Shown: positions 55,921-64,000 of the stretch, one piece after another
Position numbering within the stretch: position 1 is the stretch's first letter
Layout: every line of letters starts with the position of its first letter
Origin: Clostridia bacterium
GTDB taxonomy: Bacteria > Bacillota > Clostridia > Oscillospirales > CAG-272
Length of the DNA stretch: 64,000 nt
Reading direction: 5' to 3'
Assembly (NCBI GenBank): GCA_017467085.1
Contig: JAFTSW010000008.1
Span: forward strand, 1,174 to 65,173
The notes under the pieces: generated by a model
Seen by the model: the letters and a program-made list of their open reading frames with translations, nothing else
The model's database searches: none
What the model was told of the DNA's origin: nothing
Position numbers and translations under genes: made by a program

Positions 55921-55982
55921 TTTCTATCCTTGTGGCTTGAAAACGTATTTTTGCGCCCTTGGAAAAAAGGAAGAATGTACGT

Positions 55983-56516
55983 ATGAAAATGAAACAAGCA
56001 AGACTTTTCAAATTGATTTTGGCGGCGCTCTGTATGGCAATGGCGTACCTGTTGCCCTTTGTAACGGGGCAAATGGCGGAGCTTGGCCAAATGCTCTGTC
56101 CGATGCACCTGCCCGTCCTTCTGTGTGGCTTCTTATGTGGCTGGCCCTGGGGGCTGGTGGTGGGGGCAGTGGCACCCCTTCTTCGCTCGCTGACCCTCGG
56201 TATGCCCCCCCTCTTCCCAGCTGCCCTCTGTATGACATTGGAGCTTGCAGCCTATGGGGCAGTATCGGGGCTTCTGCATCGCCTTCTGCCCCCCAAAAAG
56301 CCCTATATATACGCCTCTCTCGTTGCGGCAATGCTGGTAGGCAGATTGATATGGGGCGGGGCGATGTTCCTCTGCCTCGGTGGGGTGGGCGGTAGCTTCA
56401 CCCTCGCTGCCTTCTTGGCAGGCACCTTTACCAACGCTATCCCCGGCATCATTTTGCAAATCGTGGTCATTCCCGTCTTGGTAATGGTGCTGGATAATCC
56501 GAAAAAAAGACTGTAA
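55983..56516 (+). CDS. ECF transporter S component (substrate not assignable)
   Basis: About 177 aa, 5-6 TM helices. The motif LPFVTGQMAELGQMLCPMHLPVLLCGFLCGW is typical of ECF S units. Confidence 0.6.
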   Translation: MKMKQARLFKLILAALCMAMAYLLPFVTGQMAELGQMLCPMHLPVLLCGFLCGWPWGLVVGAVAPLLRSLTLGMPPLFPAALCMTLELAAYGAVSGLLHRLLPPKKPYIYASLVAAMLVGRLIWGGAMFLCLGGVGGSFTLAAFLAGTFTNAIPGIILQIVVIPVLVMVLDNPKKRL

Positions 56517-56528
56517 GGAAATACGCCT

Positions 56529-57593
56529 ATGACGCCCTCTTTTGATGCTTCCGCCCTCCTTTTGGAGCAGGCGAAGGTCTATCCGCTTTTTACTCCACAG
56601 GATGTATATAAGCTCCTCTATCAAGCCGCCTTCGGGTGTGAGCATCTGATTGCTTCGCCCTGCGCCGTCGAGGAGCGCCTCGCCGAGGAATACGCCGCCG
56701 CTGCCCCCTATTTAGAGGAGAAAATTGAGTCCCTCGGGGATGGATACGGGCGTCTGTATCTGGGCTATATGAAAAAGGGACTCACAGCGAAAACAATCGC
56801 AGGGCTCCTTCTTGCCTCTGCCAAAAAGGAGGACGGTGTAGCCGCCTTGGAAAAGGGGCTTACCCTTGCGCTTTCCTTGGCAAAGGAAGGAAAGCTCCCC
56901 TTCTCGGCAGAGGCGCTCCTTGCGGAATGGGAAATGCGGAAAAGGGAAGGGTACCCCTCTTGCCGTCATTCCGAGGCATATAGAGCCGCCTATCACCCTG
57001 CCTACCGTGTTGTAGCCAATCGGTATTTGCTGTACCTTCCCCTTCTTCTGCGGTTAGACCGTATGCTTGCCAAGGGCAGAGTGGTGCTGGCAATCGAAGG
57101 AGGAAGCGCTGCAGGAAAAACCACCCTCGCCGCCCTCTTGGAGCGCCTCTACGGCGCCACCGTCCTTCATATGGACGATTATTTTCTCCGCCCCACCCAG
57201 CGCACGAGGGCGCGCCTCTCGGAGCCTGGCGGTAACGTGGATAGAGAGCGAGTCCTGTCGGAAATCCTCCTGCCCCTTTCCCAAGGAGCGTCCGCTATTA
57301 CCTACGCCCCCTATTCCTGTCAGAGCGGCGCCCTCTTGCCCCCCGTCACCGTCACTCCCACCCCCTTAACCGTCATAGAGGGCGCCTATTCGATGCACCC
57401 CCTCTTGCAGCCCTATTACACCCTGTCCGTCTTTTTGGACGTCCCCCCAAGCCTGCAAAGGGAGCGCATAAAAAAACGCAATACCCCCCAGCATGCCAAG
57501 CGCTTTTTCGAGGAATGGATACCTATGGAGGAGGCGTATCGCCAGGCCTTCGCCATCCAAGAAAAGTGCGATATCGTTATTCCCGTACAGTAA
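56529..57593 (+). CDS. two-domain protein: unknown N-terminal domain + uridine-kinase/PRK-family P-loop kinase domain
   Basis: The C-terminal half has VLAIEGGSAAGKTTLAALLERLYGATVLHMDDYFL and later VIEGAY. The N-terminal ~170 aa were not recognised. Confidence 0.5.
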   Translation: MTPSFDASALLLEQAKVYPLFTPQDVYKLLYQAAFGCEHLIASPCAVEERLAEEYAAAAPYLEEKIESLGDGYGRLYLGYMKKGLTAKTIAGLLLASAKKEDGVAALEKGLTLALSLAKEGKLPFSAEALLAEWEMRKREGYPSCRHSEAYRAAYHPAYRVVANRYLLYLPLLLRLDRMLAKGRVVLAIEGGSAAGKTTLAALLERLYGATVLHMDDYFLRPTQRTRARLSEPGGNVDRERVLSEILLPLSQGASAITYAPYSCQSGALLPPVTVTPTPLTVIEGAYSMHPLLQPYYTLSVFLDVPPSLQRERIKKRNTPQHAKRFFEEWIPMEEAYRQAFAIQEKCDIVIPVQ

Positions 57594-57603
57594 AACAATA
57601 TTA

Positions 57604-57827
57604 AAAAAAGGGGCTGTCTCACTATTTCGTGAGACACCAAAAAGTAGCCGAAACGGCGACCTGCGATAAAGCAGGTGCGCCGTTTCGGCTACTTTTTTGC
57701 CCCTGTTCGTTTCACTTTTGACGAAAAGCGAAACGAACGCACAAATTTTCTTCGAAAATTTCCTCATTTTGCGCCTTTCTTGACGCAAAATGCGACGGGC
57801 TGTCTCAAATGAGACAGCCCGTTTTTT
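57604..57827. mobile_element. MITE-like intergenic element, copy 2 (long form)
   Basis: Same termini and hairpins as 41217..41407. The second hairpin is expanded to GTAGCCGAAACGGCG-ACCTGC-gataaa-GCAGGT-GCGCCGTTTCGGCTAC. Confidence 0.65.
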
Positions 57828-57841
57828 GACAAATTGCGGTC

Positions 57842-58399
57842 TTAGCACTCAGGCAGATACTCGACAGCAGGGTAGGAGAGCGCCTCCAACACCTTGTCCC
57901 AACGGGTGGCGTGGTCGCTGTCGGCGTCGGATAGCAGAACGGGAAGAAAGCCTGCGTCAAGATAGGTCTTGATAGCGGCAAGCCGCCAGTCGTCGGTGCG
58001 AAGCTCGACGGATTTCATCCCTCTTTCCTCTAAAAGAGAAAGCGTCTTTGCCAGCATAAGGTGACCGAGCCCCTTGCCGCGCACGGAAGGGTCAGAGGCT
58101 ACCATATGTACGAGCCCAATACCCGAAGGGGTGGCAATGGCGGTGGAGGAGGCAACGTAATTGCCCTTATCGTCCAGAATAAAGAAGCAGTCCTCCTTGG
58201 CAACCACGTTAGGAAAATCGGCTATCATTTTATAAAAAATCTCCCGTGTTGCGTTTTCGGCAAGACCGAAGCAGCACAGACGCACCCATTCGTCCACTTC
58301 CTTTTCCGAGCCGTCAAAAAACTTGAAGGAAAAGCCAGTAGGAAGCGTGCGTTCCTTTACGGGAGCGGAAAATCTTTTCATTTTAAGCTGCAATGCCAT
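57842..58399 (-). CDS. GNAT-family N-acetyltransferase
   Basis: Acetyl-CoA binding pattern VASDPSVRGKGLGHLMLAKTL. The start at MALQLK is uncertain. Confidence 0.7.
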   Translation of the reverse strand: MALQLKMKRFSAPVKERTLPTGFSFKFFDGSEKEVDEWVRLCCFGLAENATREIFYKMIADFPNVVAKEDCFFILDDKGNYVASSTAIATPSGIGLVHMVASDPSVRGKGLGHLMLAKTLSLLEERGMKSVELRTDDWRLAAIKTYLDAGFLPVLLSDADSDHATRWDKVLEALSYPAVEYLPEC

Positions 58400-58625
58400 A
58401 AACAAATCCTCCCTTGCACCTCTTTGTGCATAAAAATTTGGCGGCTTCGCCGCTTGCGGACAGTATAGCATAAAACAATTTGCTTTTCAAGCCCTATAAT
58501 GAAAAATGTTCTTTGCCTTGGCGAAAAACCGCCAACAGTTGAAAAACTTGAGTGAAATGCTTTGCCTTGCGGCAAATGTGAAATAAAATTTGCCTTTATT
58601 TTCTTTTCTTTTTTTCAATTTCTTG

Positions 58626-58654
58626 TTGACAAAAAGGAAAAACTATGCTACAAT
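58626..58654 (+). promoter_or_regulatory. sigma-A promoter of tRNA-Gln
   Basis: TTGACA, 17 nt spacer, TGcTACAAT. Confidence 0.6.
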
Positions 58655-58691
58655 GTTGCTTGTTCGGGAAGCTCTCCCGACAATTTCATAT

Positions 58692-58766
58692 TGGGATGTC
58701 GCCAAGTGGTAAGGCACAGGACTTTGACTCCTGCATCCGCTGGTTCGAACCCAGCCATCCCAGCCA
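58692..58766 (+). tRNA. tRNA-Gln (anticodon UUG) with encoded CCA
   Basis: TGGGATG-TC-GCC-AAGTGGTAA-GGC-A-CAGGA-CTTTGAC-TCCTG-CATC-CGCTGGTTCGAACCCAGC-CATCCCA-G-CCA folds as a cloverleaf. Confidence 0.9.
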
Positions 58767-58800
58767 GAAAAAAGCACTTGCAATTGCAAGTGCTTTTTTT
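58767..58800 (+). terminator. terminator after tRNA-Gln
   Basis: gcacttgca-at-tgcaagtgc palindrome flanked by A6 and T7. Confidence 0.8.
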
Positions 58801-58918
58801 AACGGAATTTGCCCTTCGGGCAAGTGAAATAGCTTCGCTGGGAGCTATTTACTGACGCGAATGAGAAAAGAGAATAAAAAACGCTATCTTGGGATGGAAT
58901 GCGGTAGTGAATGGGGCG

Positions 58919-59302
58919 TTAGCCGTCCTTTGGGGAGGATTTCTCTTTTTTGCGGTTGTGAAAAAGAGAGAGAATTCCTGAGGCAATCAGGAAAATACCG
59001 AGAATGATGCGTAAAGCCTGCCGTGGCAGGCTTTCGGATAACAAAAAGCCAAGATAGGCGCCCGGGGCGCCGAGCAGGAGAATTTGCAAGAGAAAGGGAT
59101 AGTCCAAGCGCTTCTCTCTGATGTGGATAAACACGGCGGAAAGCAAGGCGGCGATAAAAAAGAGCAGATTGGCCACGGTGGCTTCCTTTTGCGGAAAGCC
59201 CATAAGCTCGGTTAAAAACAGGATATATAGGCCGCCGCTTCCCACGCCCAGCCCTGCCAGCACCGCAAGTAAAAGCGAGGCGACAATATTCAGTACACCC
59301 AA
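58919..59302 (-). CDS. half-size TSUP (TauE/SafE) family membrane protein
   Basis: 127 aa, 4 predicted TM helices, GVGSGG motif. TTG start behind GGGAGG, which overlaps the stop of the upstream gene. Confidence 0.65.
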   Translation of the reverse strand: MGVLNIVASLLLAVLAGLGVGSGGLYILFLTELMGFPQKEATVANLLFFIAALLSAVFIHIREKRLDYPFLLQILLLGAPGAYLGFLLSESLPRQALRIILGIFLIASGILSLFHNRKKEKSSPKDG

Positions 59303-59314
59303 AACAGACCCTCC

Positions 59315-59695
59315 CTATAAAAACAGTTCCTTGATAAGCACGAAAGCCCCCGAGCCAATCAGAAGAAGGGCAAAAATGCCGTTGAGCCATTTGGTGGGGA
59401 TTTTTCCAAGCAACAGCCCTCCGATAGCGCCGCCAAGAAGGGAAGCAACGAGAAAAAGGGGCGTCAGCTCCGTGATAACAGGGGTAATACTCTTGGCAGA
59501 AAGCAGAAGGGAAAGGGCGGATAAAAGCAAAACCCCCGTTGCCGAGGTGGCAAAGGCGCGCTTCCGCTCCTGTCTTGCGCTTGCCGCGAACCAAAGAGGA
59601 ACGCCGCCTCCCGTGCCGAGAAGCCCATTGAGCAGTCCTGCCCCCAAGGCGAAAAGGGGAGAGAGAAGGGAAAACCTCCGTGACTTGTCTTTCAT
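59315..59695 (-). CDS. half-size TSUP (TauE/SafE) family membrane protein
   Basis: Start MKDKSRRFS behind AAAGGAGG. 4 TM helices and a GTGGG motif. The long upstream in-frame extension is judged non-coding. Confidence 0.65.
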   Translation of the reverse strand: MKDKSRRFSLLSPLFALGAGLLNGLLGTGGGVPLWFAASARQERKRAFATSATGVLLLSALSLLLSAKSITPVITELTPLFLVASLLGGAIGGLLLGKIPTKWLNGIFALLLIGSGAFVLIKELFL

Positions 59696-59923
59696 ATTGG
59701 CGCCTCCTTTTGAGCCGAAAACGGAATTTGTCGGGAAAAACGGAAAATTGCGAAAAGATTCTGATTTTTTTCGCCTTGGCTCTTGTATTTCAAGGGAAAA
59801 TTTGCTACAATATAATCGTGCAAATATATCCTCGAGCCAGGATAAGACCTTGCTTTTAGTCTTCTTGGTTTTCGGGAAATTATACCGAAGGGACACCCTT
59901 CAAAAAAACGGAAAGGAAACACG

Positions 59924-62845
59924 ATGGACGAAATGAATCAGGACCGTGAAAACAACGGTCAGAATACCATACATGAGGGCGTCGGCGAAAAGCCTGCCCA
60001 AAATCCAACCGAAAAGGAAAGAAAACCGAGAAGAGAGGACGATTTCTTCGTCCAGGCAATGCCTATCATTCTCTTGGCGCTTGGTGCCTTTTTCGGCATC
60101 TGCGTCTATACCGCAACCCCCGTTGGCGTAGTGGGCGAGTTTTTCCACTATGCGCTGTTCGGTATTTTCGGCAACGCCGCCTTTGGGCTTCCGCCCCTTC
60201 TGATTTACGGCGCTATCTTCTTCAAGAAGGATTATGCCGCCCATACCGTTCTTCGCAAGCTCCTGTTTTCTCTCTTCGGGCTCTTGCTGGTGGCGGTGAT
60301 GTTCTATACCTTCGGCGTTCCCGAGGCAGATAAGGCGGCTTTTGCCTCCTTCTTCCGTATGGGCGTTGACAAAATCGGCGGCGGCATCTTTGGCAACTAT
60401 ATCGGCTTTGCCTTGAACTATACCGTTTCTATGACGGGTACGGTCATTCTGAGCGTGCTGTTCTTGATTTTGTTCGGTATGGTATTCTTCGGCATTACCC
60501 CCTCCAAGGTCTTTGCCAGCCTGCGCGCCAAGCTTTCTGCCCTTGCCAAGGCGCGGAAGGAAAAGCGCCTGCGCTACGCCGAGGAAAAGGAAAGACTCCT
60601 GCTTGAAAAGAAGAACGAGGCGGAAAGACGTGCCGCCAGCGCCTTCTACGGAGAGAGCCTGCCGACAGGTGGCGATGCCCCCGCCCTTCCCAAAGCGGAA
60701 AGAGGCGCCCTTCCGACCTCCGATAAAGCCCCCGACCCCTTCCTGTTTCCCGCAGGCGGTGGCAGAAGAACCTTTTACGATGCCGAGGCGGACAATAGCG
60801 TCTTTGAGGAAGAGAAGCGCCCCGAGGAGCCGACGCCGACTTATACAGGTACAAGCACCCACACCTTCCAGGCGGTCAAGGACCCCTTCTTCTCTATGGA
60901 TGATGAGTCCACCGCTCCCTATGTAGAGGAAAGGGAAGAGGAGGCTGCTCCTTCTCCCGTGCCCCCCACCGAAAAGAAGCCCACCCGTGAAAGAAGCTAC
61001 GCCTTTTCCTTCGTGGAAGAGGAGGAAAACGAGTTTCCTCCCGTGCAGATTGTGCAGGACTCCGATATTCCCGAGGCAGACCTTGTATCCGAGGCGGATA
61101 CCTTGGAGGTTGCCGACGTGTCTATTCCTGCCTTCGACCGGCCCTTTGCGGAATTAGACGCCGAGGACGGGGATGAGAGCGAGGGCATTGACCTTGTAAG
61201 CACCCCCGTGTCCCCCGTGAAGCCCTCTGCCCCCGTGGTGGAAAAGCCCACCGAGCCCGAAAAGCCCCGTGTGCAGATTGTGGATGCCCACAAAATTGAG
61301 CATTCGGGCATCGAATCCTTTGCGGACGCCCCCTCCGTTGCCGACAAAGCCGCCCCTGCCTATACCTTCCCGCCCCTGTCCCTGTTACACGATGAGGACA
61401 AGACAAGCAGCCAGGATAGCGCAGAGGAAATTGAAAGAAGAGGCGAGATACTGCTGAAAACCCTTGCCAGCTTCAATGTGGGCGCTAAAATCAGCCAGGT
61501 GTCCCGCGGTCCCCGTCTGACCCGTTACGAGCTTGTTCCCGATGAGGGTGTTCGTATCAAGTCCATTGAAAACTTAGTCAACGAAATCGCGATGAACTTA
61601 GAAGCCCTTTCCGTGCGTATCGAGGCGCCTATTCCGGGTAAAGCGGCGGTGGGCGTGGAGGTGCCTAACCTCAAATACAGCGCCGTCCGTCTGCGTGGGC
61701 TTCTCGATACCGAGGCGTTCCGTTCTGCCCCCGGTAAAACCACCGTGTGCTTGGGTGTGGACGTGGTAGGCGAGCCCGTCTTTGCGGATTTGGATAAAAT
61801 GCCCCACCTTCTGGTGGCGGGCGCAACGGGTATGGGTAAATCCGTTTGTATCAACTCCATTCTTATTAGCCTGCTGTACAAAGCAAGACCCAACGAGGTC
61901 AAGCTCATTCTCATCGACCCGAAAAAGGTTGAGTTCAAGTCCTATTCGGACATTCCCCACCTGCTTGTCCCCATCGTAACGGATGCCCAAAAGGCGGCAG
62001 GCGCCCTCTCCTGGGCGGTCAACGAAATGGAGCGCCGCTACGATATCATCGAGGAGGCTGGCGTCCGTAACCTGAAGGCATACAATAAGTATCTGGAAAC
62101 CCATCCCGAAGGGGAGAGGCTGCCCCAGATAGTCATTATCATCGACGAGCTGCACGATTTGATGATGCAGGCTCCCGATGCCGTAGAGGATAGCATTTGC
62201 CGTATCGCCCAGAAGGCGCGCGCGGCAGGAATCCTCTTGATTATCGGTACCCAGCGTCCCTCCGTCAACGTTATTACGGGTGTTATCAAGGCAAACATCC
62301 CCTCCCGTATCGCGTTCCACGTTGCTGCCCAGGTTGACTCCCGTACCATTTTGGACTCTGTGGGTGCGGAAAAGCTGTTGAATGACGGTGATATGCTCTT
62401 CCTTTGCCCGGGTATGCGTATGCTGAAGCCCAAGCGTGTGCAGGGCGCATTCTTGGACGATGACGAGGTAAACCGTGTGGCAGAGTTCCTGCGCACCCAT
62501 TCCGATAGCGTGGAATACAGCGAGGAAATTATGGCGGATATGGAGCGCGAAAGCGAAAAATGCAACAAGGAAAAGCGCGGTGCTGTGGATAATATCCCGA
62601 TGGGTGACGGCGCCGACAGCGAGGACGAGCTGTTCTACCGTGCCGTGGAGGTTGCCTTGGATAACGGCAAAATTTCCACCTCGCTTTTGCAGAGAAAGCT
62701 TTCTCTCGGCTTTGGTAAGGCGGCGCGTATGATTGACCGTATGCAGGAAATGGGCATCGTCAGCGAGCCCAACGGGCAAAAGCCCCGTGACGTCTTAATC
62801 AGCTATGACGATTATAAGCGTATGCGCCTGCGTGAGGATGAATAG
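59924..62845 (+). CDS. ftsK: DNA translocase FtsK/SpoIIIE
   Basis: 973 aa. N-terminal TM helices and a long Pro/Glu-rich linker. The motor domain has Walker A GATGMGKS and Walker B IIIDE. The C-terminal gamma winged helix reads STSLLQRKLSLGFGKAARMIDRMQEMGIV. Confidence 0.95.
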   Translation: MDEMNQDRENNGQNTIHEGVGEKPAQNPTEKERKPRREDDFFVQAMPIILLALGAFFGICVYTATPVGVVGEFFHYALFGIFGNAAFGLPPLLIYGAIFFKKDYAAHTVLRKLLFSLFGLLLVAVMFYTFGVPEADKAAFASFFRMGVDKIGGGIFGNYIGFALNYTVSMTGTVILSVLFLILFGMVFFGITPSKVFASLRAKLSALAKARKEKRLRYAEEKERLLLEKKNEAERRAASAFYGESLPTGGDAPALPKAERGALPTSDKAPDPFLFPAGGGRRTFYDAEADNSVFEEEKRPEEPTPTYTGTSTHTFQAVKDPFFSMDDESTAPYVEEREEEAAPSPVPPTEKKPTRERSYAFSFVEEEENEFPPVQIVQDSDIPEADLVSEADTLEVADVSIPAFDRPFAELDAEDGDESEGIDLVSTPVSPVKPSAPVVEKPTEPEKPRVQIVDAHKIEHSGIESFADAPSVADKAAPAYTFPPLSLLHDEDKTSSQDSAEEIERRGEILLKTLASFNVGAKISQVSRGPRLTRYELVPDEGVRIKSIENLVNEIAMNLEALSVRIEAPIPGKAAVGVEVPNLKYSAVRLRGLLDTEAFRSAPGKTTVCLGVDVVGEPVFADLDKMPHLLVAGATGMGKSVCINSILISLLYKARPNEVKLILIDPKKVEFKSYSDIPHLLVPIVTDAQKAAGALSWAVNEMERRYDIIEEAGVRNLKAYNKYLETHPEGERLPQIVIIIDELHDLMMQAPDAVEDSICRIAQKARAAGILLIIGTQRPSVNVITGVIKANIPSRIAFHVAAQVDSRTILDSVGAEKLLNDGDMLFLCPGMRMLKPKRVQGAFLDDDEVNRVAEFLRTHSDSVEYSEEIMADMERESEKCNKEKRGAVDNIPMGDGADSEDELFYRAVEVALDNGKISTSLLQRKLSLGFGKAARMIDRMQEMGIVSEPNGQKPRDVLISYDDYKRMRLREDE

Positions 62846-62972
62846 AAGAGTTAAAGCAAGGGCTTTAACTCTGCTCAAAGCGGAGCTTTAACTCTACGGT
62901 TCCGCTATCGCAGATAGCGGAACCGCCGCTAAATCAAACATGAAAGGATGCCTCAGCGCTTGAGGTGTGGTG

Positions 62973-63860
62973 ATGACTATGCTGTATATTTTACTTGCCG
63001 ATGGCTTTGAGGAAATCGAGGCGTTAACGCCCTTGGATATGCTCAGAAGAGCAGGCTGCACCGTCAAAACGGTGTCTATCACCGCGCACCGCGAGGTGCT
63101 CGGCGCCCACGGAATTCCCGTGCTTGCCGACTTGACGGCAAAGGATGCGCTGGAGGAAATTGACTTGTTGGTGTTGCCCGGCGGTATGCCCGGAAGCAAG
63201 AATCTTGACGAGTCGCCCTTCGTTTCCGCCCTTATCGAAAGAACCCTGGAAAGGGGCGGCCGTCTTGCCGCCATCTGCGCCGCGCCTATGGTGCTTGGTC
63301 ACAGAGGGCTCTTGGAAGGGAAGACTGCCGTTTGTTACCCCGGCTTTGAAACGGAGCTTGAAGGTGCTATTGTATCAGGCGCCCCTGTTGTGACAGACGG
63401 CAATATCACCACCGCCGCAGGTATGGGCGTTGCTCTCCTTTTCGGTGCTGAGTTAGTCCGTCTGACGGTATCCGAAAAGGCGGCAAGAGATTTGCTTTTC
63501 GGCTGCTCGGGTATGCAAGCGCGCGTCCCCACCTTTGTCGAGGGCGAGTTCCTTGGTAGCGAGATGGCACGTGTAGCAGAGTTCTTGCGCTCTCACTTCG
63601 ATAGCGACAGTGAGGTCTTGGACGCCGCCAAGAGCGAGGAGGCGCTGCTCGACCGTGCCGTGGCGATTGCCCTCGAGCGCGGCAAGGTTTCCACCTCGCT
63701 TTTGCAAAGACGGCTTCCTGTCGGCTTTGGCAAGGCAGCGCGGCTGATTGACCGTATGTATGAAATGGGTATCGTCGGCGCACTCAACGGGCAAGGCCCC
63801 CGTGAAGTCTTAATTTCCGCCGAGGATTATGAGAAAATGCGCTCGAACAAGAGCGAATAA
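62973..63860 (+). CDS. fusion protein: DJ-1/PfpI (ThiJ) domain + FtsK-gamma-like winged helix
   Basis: The N-terminal ~185 aa have LLADGFEEIEA...LPGG...AAICAAP (nucleophile-elbow Cys). The C-terminal ~95 aa (VAEFLRSHFDS...STSLLQRRLPVGFGKAARLIDRMYEMGIVGALNGQGPREVLIS) parallel the FtsK C-terminus encoded just upstream. The exact start is uncertain (62967/62973/62979). Confidence 0.8.
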   Translation: MTMLYILLADGFEEIEALTPLDMLRRAGCTVKTVSITAHREVLGAHGIPVLADLTAKDALEEIDLLVLPGGMPGSKNLDESPFVSALIERTLERGGRLAAICAAPMVLGHRGLLEGKTAVCYPGFETELEGAIVSGAPVVTDGNITTAAGMGVALLFGAELVRLTVSEKAARDLLFGCSGMQARVPTFVEGEFLGSEMARVAEFLRSHFDSDSEVLDAAKSEEALLDRAVAIALERGKVSTSLLQRRLPVGFGKAARLIDRMYEMGIVGALNGQGPREVLISAEDYEKMRSNKSE

Positions 63861-63879
63861 ATAGGTGAGGGGCTTTGAT

Positions 63880-64000
63880 ATGGAAAAGCAAAACCCGTTT
63901 TCCCTGGCATTTTGGAAAAGCCGCACCCAACTGCTGCTTTTGCTTTACGCCGTGTCCCTTCTTCTCCTCTTTCTTTTGGCAAAGCTCTTTTTACCCCAGC
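63880..64000 (+). CDS. 5' end of an unidentified membrane protein gene (runs off the window)
   Basis: ATG lies behind GGTGAGGGG. MEKQNPFSLAFWKSRTQLLLLLYAVSLLLSFLLAKLF remains open to the window edge. Confidence 0.4.
   Translation, partial: MEKQNPFSLAFWKSRTQLLLLLYAVSLLLLFLLAKLFLPQ

Noticed and set aside
58562-58855. 97-aa ORF on the plus strand.
   Set aside because: It runs through the tRNA-Gln gene, its promoter and its terminator.
60500-61400. Pro/Glu/Ala-rich low-complexity segment inside ftsK, considered as a possible separate gene or repeat array.
   Set aside because: It is in frame and continuous with the FtsK membrane and motor domains. Long disordered linkers are normal for FtsK/SpoIIIE.

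Overview
Chromosomal segment of a fairly GC-rich Firmicutes (Clostridia-like) genome, tightly packed with core metabolism and housekeeping genes. Left to right: (1) a tRNA-Pro locus with decayed partial copies and tandem hairpin repeats (1-710). (2) An AraC regulator with a divergent sugar isomerase/oxidoreductase pair, a small orphan gene, and fumC. (3) A repeat-dense 0.4-kb spacer. (4) A sugar-kinase/unknown pair, sfsA, a hydrolase, a 1418-aa fused activase/dehydratase-like protein, plsY and degV. (5) An eight-gene aromatic amino-acid supraoperon on the minus strand (pheA-aroB-aroC-aroE/K-aroQ-aroA-tyrA-DAHP synthase), preceded by a Phe/Tyr-rich leader ORF with two terminators. (6) The most unusual part (26.4-41.2 kb): three consecutive T-box leaders with apparent Ile, Val and Leu specifiers, each driving a different acyl-CoA ligase. 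Two ligases are HTH-cupin-ligase fusions. The third is a TIM-barrel-ligase fusion next to a catalytically degenerate LeuA-like protein and an amidohydrolase. A four-subunit 2-oxoacid:ferredoxin oxidoreductase and ilvE sit in the same block. I read this block as a tRNA-charging-controlled module that makes branched-chain amino acids from branched-chain fatty acids by reductive carboxylation. (7) comEC, rarA, recG and gdpP-rplI-dnaB-tilS-hpt-ftsH. (8) An ECF S-component operon with a structured leader, tRNA-Gln, a split TSUP transporter, ftsK, and a DJ-1/PfpI protein carrying a duplicated FtsK gamma domain. No CRISPR array, rRNA, transposase or integrase gene was seen. All protein calls rest on motif recognition by eye in the supplied translations; no database search was run.
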